In this document: positions 57,516-64,000 of the stretch, one piece after another
Layout: the number at the start of each line of letters is the position of its first letter
Position numbering within the stretch: position 1 is the stretch's first letter
DNA from: an uncultured Eubacteriales bacterium
Lineage (GTDB): Bacteria; Bacillota; Clostridia; Oscillospirales; CAG-272
DNA: 64,000 bases
NCBI GenBank assembly: GCA_934432675.1
Contig: CAKRYT010000002.1
Coordinates: 162,420 to 226,419, forward strand
Direction of reading: 5' to 3'
Program-made: the position numbers and the translations under genes
The notes under the pieces: model-generated
What the model was told of the DNA's origin: nothing
What the model saw: the letters and a program-made list of their open reading frames with translations, nothing else
The model's database searches: none

Positions 57516-58540
57516 CACGCTTTGATGTCGATCTTATAGCCGGTCAGGCGCGCCGCGAGTTTCGCATTCTGCCCCTCGCGCCCGATGGCGAGCGAGAGTT
57601 GATTCGGCGCGACGGTGACACGGGCGGAGCGTTCTCCGTCGATGACCACCCCGAGTACCTCTGCGGGCGAGAGTGCCTCACGGATGTATTCGGCGGGGTC
57701 TTCCGAATAGCGGACGATATCGATCTTTTCACTGCCGAGTTCTTCCAGGATGGCGTTGATACGCATCCCGCGGTTACCGATGCAGGCACCGATCGGGTCC
57801 ACGTTTGGATCGGTGGAGTACACGGCGATCTTGGAGCGGCTGCCCGCCTCGCGGGAGACACCCGCGATGACCACCGTGCCGTCCTGGATTTCGGGGATCT
57901 CCATTTCAAACAGGCGTTTGACAAAGCCCGGATGCGTCCGGGACAGGTCGACGATGGGGCCGCGCGTATCGACCGAACGCACTTCGGAGACGTACACTTT
58001 GAGGCGGTCACCGACCTTGAAATCGTCGGTCGGGAGTTGGAGGGCACGGGGCAGGCGCACCATGCCGTTCTGCGTTTCGAGCGTGAGGTCACCGGTCATG
58101 TCGTCCACCTTGAAGACGGTGGCGGTGATGAGATCCTCCTTCTTATCTTCGTAGGCACGCGCCATATTGTTGCGCTCTGCCTCGCGCACTGCCTGGATGA
58201 TGATCTGTTTCCCGGCGGCGGCGGAAAGACGACGGAAGGTGTCCGGTGCCATCTTTTCTTCCACGATCGATCCGATTTTGTTGCGTTTGGATTTGGTCTT
58301 CGCATCTTCGAGCGAAATCTCGCAGATCGGGTCGGTCACCTCTTCGACGACTTCTCTCTGCAAATAGACTTTCATATCCCGCTTAACGGGGTCCAGCACG
58401 ATGCGCGTGCGCGCCGTGGCACCGACCTCGCGTTCAATGGCTTTTTGGAGTGCGCCCTCAATCTTTTCGAGCATATACTCCATCGGGATCCCCTTGGCAC
58501 TTTCCAGTTCCGCGAGGGCATCAAACAGTTTCGCGTTCAT
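57515..58540 (-). CDS. nusA: transcription termination/antitermination factor NusA
   Basis: 341 aa with an N-terminal domain, an S1 domain and two KH domains (…GPIVDLSRTHPGFVKRLFEMEIPEI…; …CIGNRGMRINAI…; …AIGREGQNAKLAARLTGYKIDIK). Confidence 0.96.
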   Translation of the reverse strand: MNAKLFDALAELESAKGIPMEYMLEKIEGALQKAIEREVGATARTRIVLDPVKRDMKVYLQREVVEEVTDPICEISLEDAKTKSKRNKIGSIVEEKMAPDTFRRLSAAAGKQIIIQAVREAERNNMARAYEDKKEDLITATVFKVDDMTGDLTLETQNGMVRLPRALQLPTDDFKVGDRLKVYVSEVRSVDTRGPIVDLSRTHPGFVKRLFEMEIPEIQDGTVVIAGVSREAGSRSKIAVYSTDPNVDPIGACIGNRGMRINAILEELGSEKIDIVRYSEDPAEYIREALSPAEVLGVVIDGERSARVTVAPNQLSLAIGREGQNAKLAARLTGYKIDIKA

Positions 58541-58589
58541 GATGTATCCTTTCTTTATCCTGTAACTCTGCGAGTTTCAAAATGCAAAT

Positions 58590-59051
58590 TCAGTCAAAAT
58601 AAACGGTGCGCAGTTTCGAGACTGCCTGCCGCGGGCACCGCACGACCCCGGCACCGGTATCGATCGCAAGCACGCCGCCCTCGTAGGAGAGCAGGGTCCC
58701 GCGCAGGGTCTTTTGCCCGTCGAGCGGGGCAAACAGTTTTGCCTCGCACCGCTCTCCGAGGCTTGCGAGAATGTGGTCGTCGGTGCGGAGTTCCCGCTCG
58801 ATGCCGGGTGAGGAGACGTCCAGGTGGTAGGCATCCTCGATCGGGTCGTTGTCGTCGAGGATCTTGTCAACCGCGCGGTGTACCGCTTCACACGCATTGA
58901 GATCCACCCCGGTGTCCGAATCGATGGTGATGATGAGGTGGCGGTCGGCACCGATCTTGGTGAATTCCACATCCCAAAGGCGGTAGCCGAGTGTCTCGAC
59001 GATGTCGGCGATAAGCGCGCGCACGGTCTCGGCGATGTTGGTCTTTGCCAT
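58590..59051 (-). CDS. rimP: ribosome maturation factor RimP
   Basis: 153 aa from the ATG at 59051 (GGAGGAAC RBS). Contains …LGYRLWDVEF…LDVSSPGIERELR… and precedes nusA. Confidence 0.88.
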   Translation of the reverse strand: MAKTNIAETVRALIADIVETLGYRLWDVEFTKIGADRHLIITIDSDTGVDLNACEAVHRAVDKILDDNDPIEDAYHLDVSSPGIERELRTDDHILASLGERCEAKLFAPLDGQKTLRGTLLSYEGGVLAIDTGAGVVRCPRQAVSKLRTVYFD

Positions 59052-59345
59052 AGTTCCTCCGTTGTGACGGCGCGGGGCACCCCGCATAAAATTAAGAGTG
59101 AACCGAAGCCCACTCTTAACCATACCGTATTCTGTACCGTAGTATAACACGCCTTTCGCATAATTGCAATAGTTTCTACAAAAAATATAAAAGTTTTTTC
59201 GCCCGCGTATGGGCGCGGGAGAGGGACGGCGCACAGGCGTGGGGGTAGAGCGGCGGCTGTCAGCCGCCGCTCTACCTTTGTGGAAAAGCCGGGCGGGGAG
59301 CCCGGAGAGCCCCCATGGGGGGCGTCTGCGGCACCGGGGAGCCGT

Positions 59346-60341
59346 TCAGATCATGCCGCACGCCTGCAGGACGAGCCTGTGCAGGGTCAGCTCGTAGTCG
59401 TAATCGTAGACCCCGGCGGGCGCCCCGTTCAGACGGGCGTAAAACTCCTCGGGGAACGCATCGTAGCGGTCGTAGTCCGTGGGGAGCCGGAGCGTCTCCG
59501 TCTCGGCGATCTTGTCGTAGTAATCCTCCCGCCCGGTCTGGAGCGACAACCACCTGACAGTGGGGCGCTCAAAGGGCGTGATGGAGACGGTGCCTTTTTC
59601 GCCGACGACGGTCAGCTCGCGCCGGAGCCAGCCGCCCGTCTCGACGGCAGAGGTGCGGGCGACGCTGACGCCCCGGTCGTAATGGAGCAGCGCCGTGGCG
59701 TTATCGATACCGCCGAAGCCGCCGGCACCGGTGCGGAACAGCAGGGGCTCCACGCGCTTCGGCTTGCCCATCAGGCGCAGGATGAAGTCGATGATGTGCC
59801 CGCCGAAAATATACATGGTCCCGCCGCGGAAGGTCTCAAGGTAGCGGAGGTAGTCTGCGCTACGCGGGGCGGACATGGCGGTCTCTACATAAAGGAGGTC
59901 ACCGAGCGCGCCGCTCTCCGCGATGGAAAACACCTTGCGCACCGCCGGGTTGGTGCGGTACAGGTAGCCGAGGTGCACGACGAGCCCCCGGCGCTCGGCG
60001 TCGCGCAGGATGCCCTCGTATTCCGCGAGGTCTTCCCCCGCCGGTTTGTCGAGGTGGATGGGCTTCCCGGCGTCGATGCACTTGCGCGCCGCCGCCATGA
60101 GGTCAGGGACCTCGGTCTCGATCAGGAGCGCGTCGCATTTTTCGATGAGGCTGTCCTCATCCATGCGCGGCAGGTCACGGTAGCAGGGTAGCCCCCCGCG
60201 CTTTTCCATCCAGCCCTCATCCTTTTCGGAATAGCCGACGATCTCGAACAGGTCGGGGTGGCGACGGAAAGCCTCCATGTGCCCCTGCCCGTGGTTGTGC
60301 CCGATGCCGATCTGCCCGAGGCGGATCCTTTTCGGTCCCAT
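59346..60341 (-). CDS. Gfo/Idh/MocA-family NAD(P)-dependent oxidoreductase
   Basis: 331 aa from the ATG at 60341. It has an N-terminal Rossmann IRLGQIGIGHNHG and an E-K-P-like block (HLDKPAG). Confidence 0.75.
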   Translation of the reverse strand: MGPKRIRLGQIGIGHNHGQGHMEAFRRHPDLFEIVGYSEKDEGWMEKRGGLPCYRDLPRMDEDSLIEKCDALLIETEVPDLMAAARKCIDAGKPIHLDKPAGEDLAEYEGILRDAERRGLVVHLGYLYRTNPAVRKVFSIAESGALGDLLYVETAMSAPRSADYLRYLETFRGGTMYIFGGHIIDFILRLMGKPKRVEPLLFRTGAGGFGGIDNATALLHYDRGVSVARTSAVETGGWLRRELTVVGEKGTVSITPFERPTVRWLSLQTGREDYYDKIAETETLRLPTDYDRYDAFPEEFYARLNGAPAGVYDYDYELTLHRLVLQACGMI

Positions 60342-60402
60342 AGGGTATCCTCGCTTTCTATACGGTGAAAACCGCCCCCTGCCTTTGATAAGGGGGAGAC
60401 GG

Positions 60403-60822
60403 TCAGTTTTTTCTTGCGGAGACTCGCAGATAACGCTTGGAAAAATACTCGATGACGTCCTTGCGGCGGATGAGCCCGATGAAACAGTCACGGTCGTCGA
60501 TGACCGGCACAAAGTTGTTCTCCTTGACGCGCTCCAAAAGTTCCGTCATGGGGGCGGAATTCTTGACCGGCGGGTTGTCACTGCGGACAAGGGTCACGAG
60601 AGGGATGTCTTCCAGCGCGACGAGGTCGGCGTTGCCGCGGTCCACGATGAGCCACAGAAAGTCACCGTCACGCACCATGCCGACGTATTTGCCCTCCGCG
60701 TCGATGACGGGCAGGGCGTTATAGCCGTGGTAACGCATTTTTTCGAGCCCCTGCCGGACGGAACAGTCCTTCTGGATAAACGCCACCTGGCTCTTGGGGG
60801 TAAGGAAACGCAGGATGTTCAT
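60403..60822 (-). CDS. stand-alone CBS-pair domain protein
   Basis: 139 aa from the ATG at 60822 (GAGGGAG RBS), with two CBS repeats (…GYNALPVIDAEGKYVGMV…, …NNFVPVIDDRDCFIGLIRRKDV…). Its ATG overlaps the coaW stop (ATGA). Confidence 0.8.
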   Translation of the reverse strand: MNILRFLTPKSQVAFIQKDCSVRQGLEKMRYHGYNALPVIDAEGKYVGMVRDGDFLWLIVDRGNADLVALEDIPLVTLVRSDNPPVKNSAPMTELLERVKENNFVPVIDDRDCFIGLIRRKDVIEYFSKRYLRVSARKN

Positions 60823-61655
60823 GAGGGATCTCCCTCGCAAAGGGCGGCACCGATGACGGTGGCGAAACGGGAGGCCTCCGGAATGATAAAGTTGACGGCG
60901 AACATCTCCGAGAGGTTCCGGAAGGTGTCGCGGCAGGTGGGGTACGCCGAGAGGTTACCGGTCAGGACGATGTCCCGCACCCGGTAGGCGCGTGCCGCAA
61001 AAATCGCCATCATGCCAATGGTCTCGAAAATCATGTTGGAAAGCCCGAGGGCGATGTCGCCCTTGGTGGCGATGTCCGAGACGTTCCCGAAGTTCGCCGC
61101 GGTCATCTCGGACGGCATGCCGCCCGCCTTCATGATGTCGCCGATGCGCAGATCGATCTTTGCGAGGTCGCCCTCGCGGCAGAGTTCGCCGATATGGTCG
61201 ATGGAGTCCATTTTGAGCAGCAGTTTCGACAGGCCGACGAGCGTGCCGCCGCCGACACCGGTGCCGCCGAGGTACTCGGTCGTGCCGTCCGACTTCGCGT
61301 GGACGAGTGCCGTACCGGTGCCCATGCTGACGACGATCGCCTCCGGGAGGCGGGAGAGAAACAATCCGCCGCGGCCGATGGAGAGAAACTCTTCCACCCG
61401 GGTGCAGGGGAGGTTGTAGAGATGGTCGCCGAGTGCGCCGGAGCCGACCCCCGTCACCATGACGCGACGAATATCGCAAAGCCCGAGGTGCGAGAGTGCC
61501 GTGAACTTACCGAACGCGCCGTAGGCGGAGGTCAGAGGGTCGGTCGCGCGGACGAAAAGGGGCTCGATGAGTTCGCGTCCGCCCTCCGGGGTGTGGCGGA
61601 AACCGACGATTTTCGTCGTCGAGCCGCCGACGTCAATTCCGATGGTAGCCTGCAT
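60819..61655 (-). CDS. coaW: type II pantothenate kinase
   Basis: 278 aa from the ATG at 61655 (GGGAGG RBS). ASKHA-fold blocks are shared with staphylococcal CoaW: GIDVGGSTTKIV, SMGTGTAL, GGTGVGGGTLVGL, IDLRIGDI and MTAANFG. Confidence 0.8.
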   Translation of the reverse strand: MQATIGIDVGGSTTKIVGFRHTPEGGRELIEPLFVRATDPLTSAYGAFGKFTALSHLGLCDIRRVMVTGVGSGALGDHLYNLPCTRVEEFLSIGRGGLFLSRLPEAIVVSMGTGTALVHAKSDGTTEYLGGTGVGGGTLVGLSKLLLKMDSIDHIGELCREGDLAKIDLRIGDIMKAGGMPSEMTAANFGNVSDIATKGDIALGLSNMIFETIGMMAIFAARAYRVRDIVLTGNLSAYPTCRDTFRNLSEMFAVNFIIPEASRFATVIGAALCEGDPS

Positions 61656-61769
61656 GAGGAACCTCCCAAACATTTGATCCGTAACGGAAAAATTTACATA
61701 CCCAGTATAGCACTTCCCGCATGAAAAAGCAAGGCAAAGCACCAAATCCGCCCCTGTTTTTGTCTGCCC

Positions 61770-61799
61770 GCATGAAGTGCCCGCGCGCCGTACATACTA
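61770..61799 (+). promoter_or_regulatory. forespore sigma-G-like promoter match upstream of the Q/N micro-ORF
   Basis: GCATG (61770-61774), an 18-nt spacer, then CATACTA (61793-61799). This fits the B. subtilis-derived sigma-G consensus GHATR-N18-CATXHTA. The ATG is 45 nt downstream. Confidence 0.4.
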
Positions 61800-61844
61800 A
61801 TCGATGCGACAGGGTCGCAAATTTTCGATAAGGGAGAGATCACC

Positions 61845-62018
61845 ATGGAATCTCGTGAACAGAACTGCCACAAGCAGAACAAGAACCAGCAGCAGAATCA
61901 GCAGAACAACAACCAGCAGAACAACAACCAGCAGAACAACCAGCAACAGAATCAACAGAACAAAAATCAGCACCAGAATCAGCAGAACAACCAGCAGCAG
62001 AACCGCAGCGAAAGATAA
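61845..62018 (+). CDS. 57-aa Gln/Asn-repeat micro-protein (SASP-like?)
   Basis: Not in the ORF track because it is under 60 aa. Sequence: MESREQNCHKQNKNQQQNQQNNNQQNNNQQNNQQQNQQNKNQHQNQQNNQQQNRSER*. A GGGAGAG RBS lies 7 nt upstream and a strong terminator lies 14 nt downstream. Confidence 0.65.
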   Translation: MESREQNCHKQNKNQQQNQQNNNQQNNNQQNNQQQNQQNKNQHQNQQNNQQQNRSER

Positions 62019-62032
62019 CCCCGACCGGGGAG

Positions 62033-62059
62033 AGCCCCGCGCCAGCGCGGGGCTTTTTT
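62033..62059 (+). terminator. intrinsic terminator of the Q/N micro-ORF
   Basis: AGCCCCGCG-ccag-CGCGGGGCT followed by TTTTT. Confidence 0.8.
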
Positions 62060-62090
62060 GATTTTCTCCCGGCAGGGGGCTGATTCCCTC

Positions 62091-62119
62091 TTGACAGGGG
62101 GCGTTCCGTGTGCTACATT
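62091..62119 (+). promoter_or_regulatory. sigma-A-type promoter of the THF riboswitch/folT unit
   Basis: TTGACA (62091-62096), a 17-nt spacer, then TACATT (62114-62119). Confidence 0.6.
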
Positions 62120-62127
62120 GTGATTAC

Positions 62128-62242
62128 CACAGAGTAGGAAGTACGCGTAAGACCTTCGGGTCACAGTGCCGACGGGACGGGGAGTTGCCTGTCGGACGAA
62201 GAGCGCATCCGCGCCACGGTGTACATTCCGCATCCCGCTGAT
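62128..62242 (+). promoter_or_regulatory. THF (folT-motif) riboswitch
   Basis: Conserved blocks appear in order: AGAGUAGG, CGCGUAAG, GGGACG, ACGAAGAGCGC, GGUGUACAUU and GCAUCCCGCUG. These match the remembered THF-I aptamer. It sits directly upstream of folT. Confidence 0.8.
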
Positions 62243-62303
62243 ACATAGTCATAAGAGGCATCTCCTATGTAGTAGTGGAATGATACATGGGAGGTGTTTT
62301 TAT

Positions 62304-62885
62304 ATGCAAAATCCGCAAAATCCGAAATGGCAACCCCCGACGACGCCCGCACGTCATCGTGCGCGGCAGGTACTGTTCGACCTGACCCTTTCCGGGGTGA
62401 TGGCGGCACTCTCCATGGTGATGTGCCGCTTTCTCGGCTTTCCGCAGACGGGGGCATGGCGCATCGATCCGGGCTTTCTGCCCATCGTGATGGTGGCTTT
62501 TCTCTCGGGCCCGATCTGGGCGGGGATGTCCTACGGGGTCGCCGACCTTGTGGGTGCCGCCATTTTCACGGGGATCAACCCCTTCATCACCGTAGAGAAG
62601 ATCCTGATCGGGGTCATTTTCGGCATCGGCTTTTACCGCCGTGACCGTCTCGGCACCCGGCGCATTCTCCTGACGCATCTGACGGCGGCGGTGGTGTGCG
62701 ACTGGCTGATCATGACGTTCATCTTCACATACGCTTTCGGCATGCCCATGCGGGCGGCGATGGCGACGCGCGCACTGAACGCCGGGGTCAACTTTGCCAT
62801 GCGGAGCCTTATGTGCATTCTTCTGGACATCAAGCTGTTTGCCACCGTGCGGCGGCGGGGAGGCGCGTACTTTGGAAGCATTTGA
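62304..62885 (+). CDS. folT: ECF-transporter folate-specific S component FolT
   Basis: 193-aa protein with about 5-6 TM segments, preceded by a GGGAGGTG RBS. It lies downstream of the THF riboswitch and upstream of folC. I chose the ATG at 62304 rather than the track start at 62166. Confidence 0.8.
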   Translation: MQNPQNPKWQPPTTPARHRARQVLFDLTLSGVMAALSMVMCRFLGFPQTGAWRIDPGFLPIVMVAFLSGPIWAGMSYGVADLVGAAIFTGINPFITVEKILIGVIFGIGFYRRDRLGTRRILLTHLTAAVVCDWLIMTFIFTYAFGMPMRAAMATRALNAGVNFAMRSLMCILLDIKLFATVRRRGGAYFGSI

Positions 62886-64000
62886 CGAATACGCGAGGCA
62901 GAAACAGGTGCACCCGCGCCCGGGGCTTTCCCGCATCCGCGCCCTGCTCGACGAGATCGGGCACCCGGAGCGGTCGCTCTCCTGCCTGCATATTGCCGGT
63001 ACGAACGGTAAAGGCTCGGTCGCCGTGTTTCTGGACGCGATCCTGCGCGAGGCAGGGCATCGGGTGGGGCGTTACACGACCCCCGAACTGCTCTCGCCCT
63101 GCGAGCGCATCACCGTCGGCGGGGTGCCCATCCCCGACGGTACCCTCGGAGCACTTCTGCGCTCGCTGGAAGCACCGACCCGTCGCGTGCAGGAAAAACT
63201 CGGGGAGGTGCCCAGTCCTTTCGAGGTTTTCACCGCCGCCGCGTTTCTCTTTTTCGCACGGGAAAAGTGCGATTACGTCGTTTTGGAGGCGGGCATGGGC
63301 GGCGCGCTCGACGCGACGAACGTGATCGAAACGCCGCTCGTCAGCATCCTGACGCGCATTTCGCTCGACCATACCGCCTATCTGGGCTCGACGCCCGCCG
63401 AGATCGCGCGGAGCAAGGCGGGGATCATTAAAGAGGGGTGCCTGACGCACAGGACTTTCTCCGCCCCGCAGTGCGAGGAAGTCGCCGCCGTCCTCCGGGA
63501 GGAGGCGGAAAAACGGGGCAACACGCTGACGTTCATCACCCCGCCGCCCCCGAAGAAGCACTACGGCATGAACGAGGTGTTCTTTTTCCCCGGCTACGGC
63601 GACATCCGTTCCGGCCTCGCGGGTGTGCATCAGATCGAAAACGCTTATCTCGCGCTCACCGTGGCGCAGTATCTCGGAGTCGACATTTTTGCCGCACAGT
63701 GCGGTGTGACCTACGCACGGCACCCGGGGCGCATGGAGTTGCTCCGCGCGCATCCGCCGCTCCTCTTCGACGGGGGGCATAACCCCGGCGGGGTGGAGGC
63801 ACTCGCCGCGTCGCTCGACCGTTACTGGGGCGATACGCCGCGGGTATGTATCTACGGCTGTATGGCGGACAAGGATTATCGCACCTGTCTCCGCCGGCTC
63901 GCCGAGGCACCGACCGAGTTTATCTTTACGGAAGTGGCGGGTAATCCCCGCGCACTCTCCGCCGAGGCACTTACCGCCGCCGCCGCCGAACTCGGCATCC
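62872..64000 (+). CDS. folC: dihydrofolate synthase / folylpolyglutamate synthase (partial, runs off window)
   Basis: The frame is open to the window end. Mur-ligase P-loop HIAGTNGKGS, …LEAGMGGALDATN… and …LDH…. The start is tentative: TTG at 62872 (GGGGAGG RBS at 62857-62863) overlapping the folT end. GTG at 62908 is an alternative. Confidence 0.85.
   Translation, partial: MEAFDEYARQKQVHPRPGLSRIRALLDEIGHPERSLSCLHIAGTNGKGSVAVFLDAILREAGHRVGRYTTPELLSPCERITVGGVPIPDGTLGALLRSLEAPTRRVQEKLGEVPSPFEVFTAAAFLFFAREKCDYVVLEAGMGGALDATNVIETPLVSILTRISLDHTAYLGSTPAEIARSKAGIIKEGCLTHRTFSAPQCEEVAAVLREEAEKRGNTLTFITPPPPKKHYGMNEVFFFPGYGDIRSGLAGVHQIENAYLALTVAQYLGVDIFAAQCGVTYARHPGRMELLRAHPPLLFDGGHNPGGVEALAASLDRYWGDTPRVCIYGCMADKDYRTCLRRLAEAPTEFIFTEVAGNPRALSAEALTAAAAELGI

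Noticed and set aside
61868-61998. Possible CRISPR or tandem non-coding repeat
   Set aside because: The periodicity is 3 nt (CAG/AAC codons) within an ORF, with no spacer/repeat organisation. No CRISPR-like array or cas gene is present anywhere in the window.
61804-62061. 85-aa Ser/Thr/Arg-repeat ORF listed in the track
   Set aside because: It is an alternative frame of the same CAG/AAC repeat. It has no RBS and it reads through the terminator hairpin. The Q/N frame (61845-62018) has an RBS and stops just before the terminator.

Overview
This is a GC-rich bacterial chromosomal segment. Its gene content and regulatory RNAs point to a Firmicutes/Clostridia-type genome: a T-box leader, a THF riboswitch with ECF folT, a Re-citrate-synthase/aconitase/IDH cluster, a type III glutamine synthetase and rimP-nusA-ylxR-ylxQ-infB. 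That assignment is an inference, since no search was possible. Gene order: 1-6335 (+) is the tail of the ribosomal spc/alpha operons (rplO' secY adk map infA rpmJ rpsM rpsK rpsD rpoA rplQ). Next come an orphan membrane protein, rubrerythrin, the citrate-to-2-oxoglutarate operon and aroK. These are followed by an agmatine deiminase operon (ptcA-aguD-aguA-arcC), a REC/HD-GYP/GGDEF c-di-GMP protein, a BspA-type LRR protein and a Trp T-box-controlled stand-alone TrpB2. Then come trkA-trkH, cysK-mnmA, an orphan sugar-type ABC ATPase, tex, serC, a 77-aa protein, a polysaccharide deacetylase, an orphan EIIC-like permease and an ABC exporter operon. The last third holds type III glnA, recA-recX, galK, a degenerate PfkB-like protein coupled to miaA, a Cys/His-rich protein coupled to a membrane-spanning Rad50/SMC-like ATPase, the nusA-infB operon, coaW-CBS, a Q/N-rich micro-ORF, and THF riboswitch-folT-folC (runs off the window). 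I recognised no rRNA, intact tRNA, CRISPR array, transposase, integrase or phage gene. Most of the window is ordinary housekeeping. Four items seem most worth follow-up: (1) the translationally coupled Cys/His-module protein and transmembrane SMC-like ATPase at 50320-53339; (2) the 57-aa Q/N-repeat micro-protein with a sigma-G-like promoter at 61770-62059; (3) a tRNA-Ala/tmRNA-like 3' fragment with its own consensus promoter inside a 660-nt non-coding gap at 53340-54007; (4) the UGG-specifier T-box in front of TrpB2. All family calls rest on motif recognition by eye. The many long antisense ORFs in the track are treated as GC-driven shadow ORFs.
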